This document shows positions 54,849 through 64,000 of a DNA stretch of 64,000 nt, in pieces. Position 1 is the first letter of the stretch. Each line of letters opens with the position of its first letter. The notes beneath the pieces were generated by a model. The model was not told where the DNA came from, ran no database searches, and saw only the letters and a list, made by a program, of their open reading frames with translations. The translations under genes were made by a program, and so were the position numbers. The DNA comes from an uncultured Candidatus Saccharibacteria bacterium (GTDB lineage: Bacteria > Patescibacteriota > Minisyncoccia > Phycocordibacterales > Phycocordibacteraceae): NCBI GenBank assembly GCA_964607655.1, contig CAZSKX010000001.1:296939-360938 (forward strand). Reading direction: 5' to 3'.

Positions 54849-56534
54849 TTACTTAGGTGGGGCAGCTGCCGCAGGAACCTCTTTGACCACCGGGAATTCT
54901 GCCGTGAAGGTCGAGCCCTTCCCTTCGCCCTCCGAGTCTGCACGGATCGTGCCGGCGTGTGCCTCGGTGATCTGCTTGGCGATGAAGAGGCCATAACCGG
55001 TCGAGTGGGCGTTGACCTTCTGTGAGTTCTCGCCGTGCCCGCCTTCGGTGAAGAGGCGCTTCTTGTCGGCCTCGGTGATACCCACGCCCGAGTCTTTGAC
55101 CGCGAAGACGATTCTGTTCGCCTTACGGCTAAGCGAGACTTCTACCTTCCCGCTCGGGGTGTAGTTGATCGCGTTCTCGATCAGGTTACGCAAGACGTGG
55201 TCATTGATCTGGGGCCCGTCGCCCACGGTCTTATAGTCGCCTTCGCCGACGTTCAGCACGAGACTGAGCGATTTCTGAGTAGCCATAGACTTAGCCCTCT
55301 CGACCGCAGCGGTGACCAACTCCTTCATATCAAATGGCTTCTTCTCATAGGCCACTGTGCCCTTCTTAAGGTTCGACGCTTTTAGGATCGTGGCCACTGA
55401 GTCGGCGCCGTTACGCGAGGACGCGAGCGCCTGCTCGACCAAGGGCTTCGCCGTGTCCGGAATAGTACCGAAATCGCCGTCTAAGAGCGCAGCAAATGCG
55501 CCCGAGTCTTTGGTCAAGAAGCCTTTAACCTCATGCCCGATGAAGTGAATCAGCGTCTCCTGTCTGCCATTGGTCTCATCGAGAGTCTGCGCGAGTTTTT
55601 CAATCTCTTCTCTATGCAAGATTTCCAATTTTACACTTCGTATAAGGATATATCCAAAACCAGCGGCAATAATAAGCGTAACAGATACTAAGATTCTACT
55701 CACGAATGTCTCTACGAAGGCAAATTGTGATCCAACAAGAGCAAGAAGTGCAATCACTAGAGCTTGCGTCCCGAATATCTTGAGGTTAAATGCTTTGTAC
55801 CGAACGATGAGGTACGCAACGAAAGCTAAAAAGACTGGCATTCCAAATAAGCCATAGATGAGATAGTTGTAGGCATACTCGACGGTAGCGTCCGTCGCCA
55901 AATTGCTAACCCAAAAGGTTGCTGAGAAAAAGAATCCCAAGAATAGCAGCACGCCCCCGCCAGCAAGTAAAACCTGACTCCTCGACTCAGTGTTCTTTGC
56001 AGCTCGAGCCTGGCTTATGACTAAAATAAGTGTTGCCGCGAGGAAAATTGCCTCCGCATAATATGTAAATATCGTCAGCGATGAATCTTCTAGAGCCTCA
56101 CACCAGTTGGCATTATAGGCGGTCAGATTCCAACCCAAAAAGGCTACTGTTGCTGTCGGAAGCATTATCAGCACCGCACCTAGCTTTTGCCACATTGGCA
56201 AATCTTGTTTCAAGAGAAATGAATATAAAAAATAATAAGAGAAGAAGAACATTGCGACAGCAACAAAATCGAGCAGCGACCAAGAGAACATCATGTTCGA
56301 TGTCCCAAGGAAAGAAAACCACGCACTTAAATCAAATAGACTCCACAACGTAAATGTCATGCACACAAGAAAGAAAAGTAGTCCTGTGAGCGAGCGGGAC
56401 TTATACAACACGAACGCTCCAAACGACAAGGCAATTAATGCTGTAGGCACATGCGAATACAAGAGCAATCCCATCGGGATCTGATTCACAAGGTAATCGA
56501 AACAATATTGAACGTGAATAAACTGCGTCATCAT
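54849..56534 (-). CDS. Multi-TM sensor histidine kinase, atypical H-box (paralog 3)
   Basis: H-box LIHFIGHEVKGFL; HATPase LIENAINYT, VKDSGVGI, GYGLFIAKQ; the 5' sensor-coding half is AT-rich. Confidence 0.8.
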   Translation of the reverse strand: MMTQFIHVQYCFDYLVNQIPMGLLLYSHVPTALIALSFGAFVLYKSRSLTGLLFFLVCMTFTLWSLFDLSAWFSFLGTSNMMFSWSLLDFVAVAMFFFSYYFLYSFLLKQDLPMWQKLGAVLIMLPTATVAFLGWNLTAYNANWCEALEDSSLTIFTYYAEAIFLAATLILVISQARAAKNTESRSQVLLAGGGVLLFLGFFFSATFWVSNLATDATVEYAYNYLIYGLFGMPVFLAFVAYLIVRYKAFNLKIFGTQALVIALLALVGSQFAFVETFVSRILVSVTLIIAAGFGYILIRSVKLEILHREEIEKLAQTLDETNGRQETLIHFIGHEVKGFLTKDSGAFAALLDGDFGTIPDTAKPLVEQALASSRNGADSVATILKASNLKKGTVAYEKKPFDMKELVTAAVERAKSMATQKSLSLVLNVGEGDYKTVGDGPQINDHVLRNLIENAINYTPSGKVEVSLSRKANRIVFAVKDSGVGITEADKKRLFTEGGHGENSQKVNAHSTGYGLFIAKQITEAHAGTIRADSEGEGKGSTFTAEFPVVKEVPAAAAPPK

Positions 56535-56908
56535 ATCTCAACAAGAGGCCCGTTACAGGTCTCTCCTGCCGATAAAGATTCTAGTGAACAATATTCAATT
56601 TCGCATTTCGAGCCCTGGTCAGAAGCACAGTAAAATTCTGACTCACACGAATGCTCAATAAGGCAGTGGGGGAGAACACTGGCTATCCCGCGCACCTTCT
56701 TATAATCTCGAGGCTGGTTAGACGGGTCGGCAAGATCCGCTTCAGAAACAAAGCAGCTTTGCGTTGCGGGCTCACAGTCGGCAAACACCTCCACCACAAA
56801 ATCTTGCGTTATAAAATAGTGATAGTATCTACTTCCAGCAATCACCAAGGCAGCAAAAATAAATACCCAAACGGATGCGGTGCTTAGACTGCCTTTGTTC
56901 TCATTCAT
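56531..56908 (-). CDS. Small membrane-anchored Cys-rich protein upstream of the kinase
   Basis: One TM then 8 Cys in about 80 residues; 4-nt overlap with the kinase start. Confidence 0.5.
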   Translation of the reverse strand: MNENKGSLSTASVWVFIFAALVIAGSRYYHYFITQDFVVEVFADCEPATQSCFVSEADLADPSNQPRDYKKVRGIASVLPHCLIEHSCESEFYCASDQGSKCEIEYCSLESLSAGETCNGPLVEI

Positions 56909-57010
56909 ATAGCGAATATCATCCAGCTTGGCGGATACCCTTCAGTCTACTATATGCAATTGCTGGGATATGCTTTATCCACTCGCTAGATTAATTACTG
57001 AATATCAGAG

Positions 57011-57919
57011 TTACTCGCTCTCAGAGCTTCGTAATGAAACTGAGTATTTCTTAAGAAAATGATCTGGCACATACGCCATCTTTGATTTACGTAAACTCTC
57101 GATTCCCAAGTCTTGCTCATAGTTTAGATATCTATGACTACGAGAATTTAGGTCCTTTGCAACCTCACTACGCAAAAGTGCGTGGACGCCATGGTAATCA
57201 ATGTCGACCTTCTCGAACAATGCATTTGCGTTACCATTCGGAAGCATAATCGTAGAACAATATGCAATAAGCTTATCGTCCAATCTAATGCCAACGGCAG
57301 TGTACTTAAATTGACTGGCGCCGCTCAGGAATCGGTGATGTGCGGCATTCTCGTTAGGAATTGAGTAACCTTTGTGTTGTTCCCATCTGTGACACAAATC
57401 GAGGACCTGAGCGCGGTCACCAGCCTGACTTAAATCAAGATGAACCGCTTCGTAGTGTGGATATAGCTTCAAGAAACCATTCAGAAAATTCCTACGTGCC
57501 TTCAGCTTTCCGCCAGCGAGAGTAACGTGACTTTCAATGTCGTACATATAATCAAAGTGCTCTCTGGACTCGTAGATAGCAAACACGTCACCACTAAGCC
57601 CTTCGATTGAAACATGCGGCACTAGACCAAGCGCGGAACCGTAACCTCTCAGGCTAGATAACGAAAGAAGCTGTTCGCACGTTTCGTTTACCCTACTTGT
57701 GCCAAGAAAGGAATAGAAGGGGCTGCCCATGACGTAGTCTGTAAACTTCACAACCAGATTGTCGTTCAGCCAGCAAACCTCGACCTCCTCCTTTACGTCC
57801 CAGGACCACAAACTTACGAACTCAAAGTCGGAATATGGAGGAAACTTTTCTGTGTGTAGTTCTATTTCCTTCTTATCTGAAAGTTCCAACTTTTTGAAGT
57901 TTGGGTAAGTGGGTATCAT
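57011..57919 (-). CDS. DUF2156-like (LPG-synthase C-terminal/GNAT-like) protein
   Basis: LAGGKLKARRNFLNGFLKLYPHYEAV resembles the DUF2156 KxKxxRNxxNRF motif; AT-rich. Confidence 0.45.
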   Translation of the reverse strand: MIPTYPNFKKLELSDKKEIELHTEKFPPYSDFEFVSLWSWDVKEEVEVCWLNDNLVVKFTDYVMGSPFYSFLGTSRVNETCEQLLSLSSLRGYGSALGLVPHVSIEGLSGDVFAIYESREHFDYMYDIESHVTLAGGKLKARRNFLNGFLKLYPHYEAVHLDLSQAGDRAQVLDLCHRWEQHKGYSIPNENAAHHRFLSGASQFKYTAVGIRLDDKLIAYCSTIMLPNGNANALFEKVDIDYHGVHALLRSEVAKDLNSRSHRYLNYEQDLGIESLRKSKMAYVPDHFLKKYSVSLRSSESE

Positions 57920-57938
57920 GCGGAAATAGAGGAGGAAA

Positions 57939-58331
57939 TCAAACCAGGTTGTACTTGGGATACTCTAGCCCACGCTTAAGGAAATTGAGCTCAACTTCTT
58001 GTAAGTCAAATTTAGACTTAAAGAAGTCACCCACTACCGTCTGATCTAAACCATTTCGGCAAGTGTACACATCCGCTGATAGGAACCGGCGCTTCGGGAA
58101 AGTGTGAATGCTTATGTGACTTTCGGCTATGATAACAAAACCGCTCCAGCCACCAGGGTCTTTGATCCCATTATCTGAGGCTTCCACGACGACTGGGTCG
58201 ATGAGCGCGTGCATGCCGAGATCCTCAACGAGCTGTGTGATAGCGCCCATAACTACTTCTCGATCGCTTAATAGCTTCTCGTCACCCCCATAACCATCTA
58301 TTGTGACGTGTTCCCCGAAGTGCTGCCCCAT
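57939..58331 (-). CDS. speH: S-adenosylmethionine decarboxylase proenzyme (SpeH type)
   Basis: GGWSGFVIIAESHISIHTFP, the pyruvoyl-forming Ser motif. Confidence 0.8.
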   Translation of the reverse strand: MGQHFGEHVTIDGYGGDEKLLSDREVVMGAITQLVEDLGMHALIDPVVVEASDNGIKDPGGWSGFVIIAESHISIHTFPKRRFLSADVYTCRNGLDQTVVGDFFKSKFDLQEVELNFLKRGLEYPKYNLV

Positions 58332-58388
58332 TAGTATCCGAGTTTACCAAAAAGATCAGACTTCTGCCACCTCTTACTCCACAGGCCC

Positions 58389-59333
58389 TTGCTTGCGTAC
58401 GTGGTACCATCAGATCAAATGTCGTGGTTTTTTATAGCTCTCGTCGGGCCTGTTCTATACGCCCTGATAAATCACACTGACAAGTATCTCATATCCCGCT
58501 ACCTGAAGGGGGGCGCCGTTGGCGCAATGATAATCTTCTCGGCCCTTTTTAACATCATCGCCGTTCCAATTATTCTGGCAATCCATCCCGACGTGCTCTC
58601 GATAGGCCTATACAGCGCAGTAATCCTGACACTCAACGGGATGCTCATCGTTCTAAACGTCCTCTGCTACTTCTACGCTCTGCATAAGGATGAGGCTTCC
58701 TACGTCGTCCCCTTCTACCAGACTATTCCAATTTTCGGCTTCTTCCTTGGTTACTTCATCCTTGGCGAGACGATCTCCACCACGCAGGCCTGGGGAGCGT
58801 TAACCGTAATCCTTGGGGCTGCGGTCCTGTCGTTTGAATTCGAAGAGCGGATACGGTTTAAGCACGAGGTCGTGTTGCTGATGCTCACCGCCTCGGTTCT
58901 CTATGCACTCAACGGCGCCGTCTTTAAGTTGATTGCCCTCGAGGGCGGCTTCTGGGCCTCGCTATTTTGGGCCCAAGTTGGCCAAGTATTGATTGGTCTA
59001 ATGTTCCTACTTTTCATTAGTTCATATCGAAGGCAGTTTCTAGCAATGCTTACGGAGAATAAGCTTCCGGTCTTGGGTCTCAATACACTCAGCGAAACTA
59101 TGTTTGTAGTCGCAGAAGCGGCGATGGCCTATGCGACACTGTTGGCACCCCTGGTTCTCGTACAACTCGTGAACTCGTTTCAACCATTGTTTGTCTTCCT
59201 TATCGGCATCTTTCTTGCGGTATTTTTCCCCAGCATCAGCCAAGAGTCGATCGCACGGAGACATCTTTTCCAAAAGGGCGTTGGTGTTGCTGCGATCATC
59301 GTCGGAACATACTTTATTGGCACACTCCCCTAG
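58389..59333 (+). CDS. EamA/DMT-superfamily transporter (10 TM)
   Basis: Two EamA-like 5-TM halves. Confidence 0.7.
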   Translation: MLAYVVPSDQMSWFFIALVGPVLYALINHTDKYLISRYLKGGAVGAMIIFSALFNIIAVPIILAIHPDVLSIGLYSAVILTLNGMLIVLNVLCYFYALHKDEASYVVPFYQTIPIFGFFLGYFILGETISTTQAWGALTVILGAAVLSFEFEERIRFKHEVVLLMLTASVLYALNGAVFKLIALEGGFWASLFWAQVGQVLIGLMFLLFISSYRRQFLAMLTENKLPVLGLNTLSETMFVVAEAAMAYATLLAPLVLVQLVNSFQPLFVFLIGIFLAVFFPSISQESIARRHLFQKGVGVAAIIVGTYFIGTLP

Positions 59334-59389
59334 CGCACGAAAATCGAGCTCGTGATCCAAGCCGCCCTCTACCTCTGGCACCTGGTGTT

Positions 59390-59914
59390 CTAGATACCGG
59401 CTTTAAATTGTTCCTTGATTTCCAGTGCTCGCTCCATCAGCCGATCACCGATCTCGCCCCAGTCGAAATATTTTTTATAGTCGGCTGGGTCGATCAGCTT
59501 GATCTCGGTGATTTCTTCCTCAAAACTTGGCACAAACGGGCCGTCCGGTTCGACGAGACAGACGCTCCTTGTCTGACGGATCACTCGATCTGGCTCGTAG
59601 ATATCTTGGTAGCCAATAAGCGCCTGGCGTAAAACCCGCATGTTGGTTTCTTCCTTCACTTCACGCGCCACTGCTTCCTCGTAGCTCTCGCCCAGCTCGA
59701 TCCTGCCTCCCGGCGGCATCCACCCCGAGAGTGGGTGCTTCACCAGCACCAGCTGATCATTACAAAAACAAAAGGCGTGTACGCCCTGGAGCACCACCCG
59801 ATCAACGCCTTCAAGGGGATCCCCTTCCACGTAGTGGATCTTCAGCACCTGCCCTGCTCGATTAACTAGTGTGGAACTGAGCTGCATATGGTCCTGAATA
59901 TACCATTCATCCAT
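59390..59914 (-). CDS. NUDIX hydrolase
   Basis: Nudix box GGRIELGESYEEAVAREVKEETNM. Confidence 0.8.
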   Translation of the reverse strand: MDEWYIQDHMQLSSTLVNRAGQVLKIHYVEGDPLEGVDRVVLQGVHAFCFCNDQLVLVKHPLSGWMPPGGRIELGESYEEAVAREVKEETNMRVLRQALIGYQDIYEPDRVIRQTRSVCLVEPDGPFVPSFEEEITEIKLIDPADYKKYFDWGEIGDRLMERALEIKEQFKAGI

Positions 59915-59959
59915 CTTGACAGGAATCTGAAAAAATATATCCTTTTATCCAGAGTTTCG

Positions 59960-60235
59960 TTCTCTAACAACTACAACATCCATGACCTCGGTCCCGCGTC
60001 ATTGCGGGATTGGGCCGAGGTCGCCGAAAGGCAGGATGGTCTCTGCGTAAGTGGAGATCCGGCTTCCCCCGTAACCATGGGATAACCAGTGTCTGCCGCA
60101 AGGCGTATGAGCTGGTAAGCGCTGCGGCTTCTGCTGCAGCATAAACTGGGTGGCACCACGTGGAATCTCTAAGAATCCCCGTCCCTTTGTAGGTCGATCT
60201 TCGACGTACAGAGAGACGGGGATTTTTGCGTTCAC
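59960..60235 (+). promoter_or_regulatory. Candidate T-box riboswitch leader
   Basis: T-box core CUGGGUGGCACCACG at 60146-60160 (consensus AGGGUGGNACCGCG), immediately followed by intrinsic terminator 60173-60228 (aauccccguc...gacggggaUUUUU); structured hairpins upstream; RBS 60 nt downstream. Confidence 0.5.
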
Positions 60236-60304
60236 GCGCTGTCCCCGGCAAGCATCATGAGGCGCTTGTACTGTTCTTTGACTGACGAACATAGGAGTTC
60301 GATC

Positions 60305-61150
60305 ATGCAATACATAACGTTCCTGAATCAATTCAACTACAACCCGGCACTAGCCGGCTACGTGGGGGTGGAGCGTGAATGCTTTATCACCGACGACAAC
60401 CGATCGGTCGTGCCCAAGGCGAAGGCCGTCCTTACTGCCCTCGACAAGGGCATTCAGCTGAGGCCGTGGCACCCGCACTGGGCGATGCAGATCGGTGCGT
60501 TTGTGAAGAATCGCAACGGTGCCTTCGGTTACGAACTGTCTGCCTGCCAGATCGAGACGCGCGTCGGGCCCTGTGAGCTTGGCGAGCTTCCGCAGAGTCT
60601 CGAATCGCGTCAACGAGACCTCGATGCGACTCTGGCTCACTTCGGCCTCTCCGCCCTTCACACGGAGGTCGGTCCCGAGGACATGCCGCTCGACGTGTAC
60701 CCCGACCCTACGGGCCGCTACCAGGAGATCGTCAAGGCCTTGCCGATCGAGGTGCTGAGAGCGGCCTGCCGCGTCACCGCGACGCATGTGCACGTCGGGA
60801 TGCCTGATCACGAGACGGCCCTCCGCGTCTACAACCACGTGATCGGGTACTACGGCGAGCTCTGCGAGCTCGGGAACGGATCCTTCGGAGAACGTCTGGC
60901 GATCTATCGCAAGATGGCGACCGACTACTACCCGCAGCCCTACGCGTCTTGGGAGGCGTACTACGAGTCAGCGCTCGAGAAAGGCTTCGCCGAGGATCCG
61001 CGCAAGTGCTGGACCCTGATCAGGATCTCGAAGCACGGCACGATCGAGTTCCGAATGTTCGGGGCGACGCCCGACCGCAACCGCATCGTCGCCTGGGCCA
61101 AGCGCTGTCACGCCATCTGCATGGAGACCATGTTGGCAAAGGCCGCCTGA
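60305..61150 (+). CDS. GCS2-family carboxylate-amine ligase (YbdK-like gamma-glutamyl ligase)
   Basis: ATHVHVGMPD (GxHxHVG) and GTIEFRMFGA motifs; RBS AGGAG; ORF-track start 60257 trimmed to the ATG at 60305. Confidence 0.75.
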   Translation: MQYITFLNQFNYNPALAGYVGVERECFITDDNRSVVPKAKAVLTALDKGIQLRPWHPHWAMQIGAFVKNRNGAFGYELSACQIETRVGPCELGELPQSLESRQRDLDATLAHFGLSALHTEVGPEDMPLDVYPDPTGRYQEIVKALPIEVLRAACRVTATHVHVGMPDHETALRVYNHVIGYYGELCELGNGSFGERLAIYRKMATDYYPQPYASWEAYYESALEKGFAEDPRKCWTLIRISKHGTIEFRMFGATPDRNRIVAWAKRCHAICMETMLAKAA

Positions 61151-61213
61151 CCCACTAGCGTGCGGAGCTTACCACTCCGCACGCTTTTCTTATAGAATTA
61201 ACCTTACCTCATC

Positions 61214-61654
61214 ATGAATTACTACTTTGCTTACGGCTCAAACATGGATGCCGACCAGATGCGCGAGCGATGCCCGGACTCCGAGTTAGTGGGCGTGGCC
61301 ACTCTCAAAAACTATACGCTTGGCTTCACTATCTATTCGCCCACACGAGAATGTGGCTGCGCGGACATTGTCGCGAGCGAGGGCGGCAATGTGTACGGGC
61401 TACTCTACTCAGTCTCAGATGCGGATCTTGAAGCTCTCGATCGCTTCGAAGGACATCCTGTCCACTACAGGAGAATTACGGTCACCGTCGAGACCTCTGA
61501 CGGCCCCGTAACCGCCGAGAGCTATGAGGTCGTGGATAAAAAATCAGACTTGCCTCCGTCTGAGCACTATCTCGATCTTCTAGTCGGTGCGGCGACACGC
61601 CACGGCTTTCCAGACGAGTATCAGGCGATGCTGCTTCAAACTCGAAAACTCTGA
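61214..61654 (+). CDS. Gamma-glutamyl cyclotransferase (AIG2/GGCT-like)
   Basis: YFAYGSNM N-terminal motif and conserved Glu region (DRFEGHP). Confidence 0.8.
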   Translation: MNYYFAYGSNMDADQMRERCPDSELVGVATLKNYTLGFTIYSPTRECGCADIVASEGGNVYGLLYSVSDADLEALDRFEGHPVHYRRITVTVETSDGPVTAESYEVVDKKSDLPPSEHYLDLLVGAATRHGFPDEYQAMLLQTRKL

Positions 61655-61763
61655 CCGACTTTTTCCACCGTATCAAGACTAATCAAGCTCAACCGTTGTT
61701 AGACTTAAGGCACCATGCATGGGGCATGGTTTGCTCTTTTCCTAACCACCAGGAGGTGTTCTC

Positions 61764-63041
61764 GTGCGATATCTGTATGCTGTGTTCACGGCCTGTTCGA
61801 TCGCACTGTGGGCGGGGCCTGCGCCCGCGCTCACGGTGCATTACCAACCCACGCCAGCGACTGAAAGCTTCGTCGACCAGTTCTACCCGCCGGCTACTGC
61901 GCCGAGCGAGAATCTCCAGGCGTCCCACGTCTGGGAAGGCTGGCTGAGCAGTAGGTCCAACAAGACGTTCCAGCGCAACGACGCGCTCGTCATCGGCGGA
62001 CGCAAGGGCGATCAGTATCGAGCGTTCGTTATGTTCGATCCGGCGGGCCTGCCCCTCGAGGTCGAAGCGGCGGAGCTCGGGCTGAGGTCGTACGTCTCGC
62101 ACGGCATCTCAACCGTCGACTTCGCCGCCTGCCTGCTCACGACCCCGTGGATCCCCGGCTTCAGCTGGAGGAACCAGCCGAAGTACGGACCGTGTACCAG
62201 CTGGTACCCGGCCCCGGTAGCGGGAGCGTGGTCGCAGGTGTCGATCACCGACTGGTACAACGCGTGGCAGAGTAACCCGTCGTCAAACAACGGGATCGTG
62301 CTTCTGCCGCGATCGGTGAAAGGTCAGTTCGATACCTTCCGCAGCACGCGGTACAGCGCCTACGGGATCGACCCCGACGCCAATGAGTCACGACCGGTCC
62401 TTGCTCTGACCTTCACGCCGCCGGCAGGGATGCCGGACTTCAAGCTGCCTCTCCCACCCGGGTGGTGGAAACTCAGCAACGAGATCGGTGGGTACGAGTG
62501 CATGGGCCAGACCCCGTGGCCCGACGAGTTCCACCAGGGCAACAGCTACTTCTCGCTCGACTTCTTGCCGATCGGCATCAAGGAGGACGGCTCACCGTAC
62601 ACGGGAGGCGTCTTGGTACTAGCAGCGGCCAACGGAATAGTCGTCGAGAACAGCCACACCTCGGGTAACGGCCACTTCGTGACGATCAATCACAGCGGTA
62701 GCCTAAGCCCAATCGGGGGGTACACGACCAAGTACCTGCATCTGGCGGCCGCGTCGCCACTACCCGTGGGGACCGAGGTCTATCAGGGCGTCCCGCTCGG
62801 AGTGATGGGTCGCTCGGGTGACTACAGCACCGGAGTCCACCTGCACTTCGGCGTGTACTACAACGGACACGGCGACTCGACACAGGCGAATCTGACGTAC
62901 GTCGTCCTCGACGGCTTACTGATGAAGAGCTACCAGACCGAATGCTCCTACGACAGCAACGGGGAACCGGTGGACTGGATCCGCTCGTACCAGTCGACCA
63001 ACGTCATCGACAATGGAGGTGGAGTCATCATCGAATTTTGA
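61764..63041 (+). CDS. Secreted M23 (lysostaphin-like) peptidase with N-terminal DNRLRE-like domain
   Basis: Signal peptide; N-terminal RNDALVIGGRKGDQYRAFVMFD resembles a DNRLRE domain; C-terminal HxxxD...HLH (GNGHFVTINH...GVHLHFGV). Confidence 0.7.
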   Translation: MRYLYAVFTACSIALWAGPAPALTVHYQPTPATESFVDQFYPPATAPSENLQASHVWEGWLSSRSNKTFQRNDALVIGGRKGDQYRAFVMFDPAGLPLEVEAAELGLRSYVSHGISTVDFAACLLTTPWIPGFSWRNQPKYGPCTSWYPAPVAGAWSQVSITDWYNAWQSNPSSNNGIVLLPRSVKGQFDTFRSTRYSAYGIDPDANESRPVLALTFTPPAGMPDFKLPLPPGWWKLSNEIGGYECMGQTPWPDEFHQGNSYFSLDFLPIGIKEDGSPYTGGVLVLAAANGIVVENSHTSGNGHFVTINHSGSLSPIGGYTTKYLHLAAASPLPVGTEVYQGVPLGVMGRSGDYSTGVHLHFGVYYNGHGDSTQANLTYVVLDGLLMKSYQTECSYDSNGEPVDWIRSYQSTNVIDNGGGVIIEF

Positions 63042-63123
63042 TCTTCTTTTCAAGCGGCAGGACTGGACGTCCTGCCGCTTCTTTTTATAATCAAGCCGAG
63101 AAACGTCGTGTTATTATCGTCTG

Positions 63124-63714
63124 ATGACTTTGAATCGACTTGAGTGGTTCATTGTGGGCTTGGTGGTATTAATGACAGCAATAGTCTTGCTCTTTTTAAA
63201 ATCCTTTGAGCGCGATACCCCTTCGAACCCTGTACGCACCACGACACCTGCCACCACGACTCCACGAGGAGTGTCTCCTACTAATCCAATAAACGAACAC
63301 TCTATACCCGCTAGCGCAACATCCTCGACAACAAGAATCTCCAATTTCAGCTTCTCACTTCCTGCCTATTGGGAAGCCCGTTTCACTGAATTCAGATTCG
63401 GAGATCAACTGTTTATTTTTATGCGTGGTGATGACTCATTTCGTATACAGTGCAGTCCCATTGGTCAAGACATCGGAGGAAAGGGTATGGAGTCTGCCTC
63501 TGTTTTGAGAAAGCAAAGTCGCCTAATTCAAAGTGGTGATTCTCAATATACTCTCATGCTCAATACAATGACTGCTCCTTTAAATGAACCTTGGTTACAG
63601 TTTTATGTCTCTGCTGGGGAAGAACATCCACGATGCAACGGGCAAGGATCAACATCTGTGGAAGTCAGCAGAGCGATGCAGGAAATTTATGAAACTTGGC
63701 GAGCTCAGGAATAA
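63124..63714 (+). CDS. Hypothetical membrane-anchored protein
   Basis: N-terminal TM, Thr/Pro-rich linker, AT-rich. Confidence 0.45.
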   Translation: MTLNRLEWFIVGLVVLMTAIVLLFLKSFERDTPSNPVRTTTPATTTPRGVSPTNPINEHSIPASATSSTTRISNFSFSLPAYWEARFTEFRFGDQLFIFMRGDDSFRIQCSPIGQDIGGKGMESASVLRKQSRLIQSGDSQYTLMLNTMTAPLNEPWLQFYVSAGEEHPRCNGQGSTSVEVSRAMQEIYETWRAQE

Positions 63715-63728
63715 TGTATAATCTCTAG

Positions 63729-64000
63729 GTGGACAAAAAGGCATTCTATCGGCGACTCACACGGACGCTCACGTTAGGCGCGTCCATTGCCCTTTTCCTC
63801 GTGGTGATGGCCGCCTCCTTCCCGGCCGTGCTCACGATGGACCTGTCGCGCGAAGGCGGCAACGAGACGATCGAACAAGCCCTCTCTCCTTTCCCCGTTA
63901 CGGTCGATCCGAAGCGTAAGATCATCGCTGAGAACCCTGAAGTGAACCGACTCCTCGAGAGCCCCGACTCACCGCTTCAGGCCTCAGCTCTTTCTGCGGG
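63729..64000 (+). CDS. Partial hypothetical membrane protein, runs off the right edge
   Basis: Open frame from GTG at 63729 to the window end. Confidence 0.25.
   Translation, partial: MDKKAFYRRLTRTLTLGASIALFLVVMAASFPAVLTMDLSREGGNETIEQALSPFPVTVDPKRKIIAENPEVNRLLESPDSPLQASALSA

Noticed and set aside
59936-60304. RNase P RNA or tmRNA in the structured intergenic region
   Set aside because: Partial resemblances (GGAAGCCGGAUCUCCA vs the P4 region; UCCGGCUUCC vs CR-V) were on opposite strands and other conserved blocks were absent. There is no tRNA-like 3' end for tmRNA. The T-box motif plus terminator explains the region better.

Overview
This is a bacterial chromosomal segment with variable GC content (about 40-67%), read from sequence and the ORF track only. 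From left to right it carries:

- **Cell-wall elongation operon (minus strand):** mreB-mreC-mreD-mrdA(PBP2), then proS (a short ProRS), rseP, frr and a holB-like gene.
- **Second mreB paralog** diverging from murA, followed by def-fmt, hpf and a DUF167 gene.
- **RecB-like PD-(D/E)xK nuclease** with small neighbouring genes, and a semiSWEET gene that looks leaderless.
- **LemA-TPM pair.**
- **Lower-GC accessory block of about 8 kb (19.7-27.5 kb)** that ends at a tRNA-Asn gene. It is built from small gene units, each with its own consensus sigma70 promoter and strong intrinsic terminator, and it holds several repeat families plus an ECF sigma/anti-sigma pair, a TrmB regulator, apt and a NUDIX-zinc-ribbon gene.
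- **Housekeeping and odd single genes:** folD, a small HD-domain (p)ppGpp-hydrolase-like gene, zwf and a bacterial SET-domain protein.
- **GC-rich secreted proteins**, one with collagen-like GXY repeats.
- **Two tandem atypical multi-TM histidine kinases**, with a third paralog further right.
- **Beta-glucan/cellulose-like glycan locus:** GH6, GT39, GT2 with QxxRW, GH8, GT2-GtrA and a GT-C enzyme.
- **Hybrid MASE1 histidine kinase with an OmpR-type regulator**, then tsaC and an mscL-zinc-ribbon fusion.
- **RAYT transposase flanked by palindromic REP elements.**
- **speH, a transporter and a NUDIX gene.**
- **Candidate T-box leader** in front of a GCS2-family ligase plus gamma-glutamyl cyclotransferase pair.
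- **M23 peptidase.**

No CRISPR array, rRNA gene or integrase was seen. All family assignments rest on recognisable motifs; none is verified by search.
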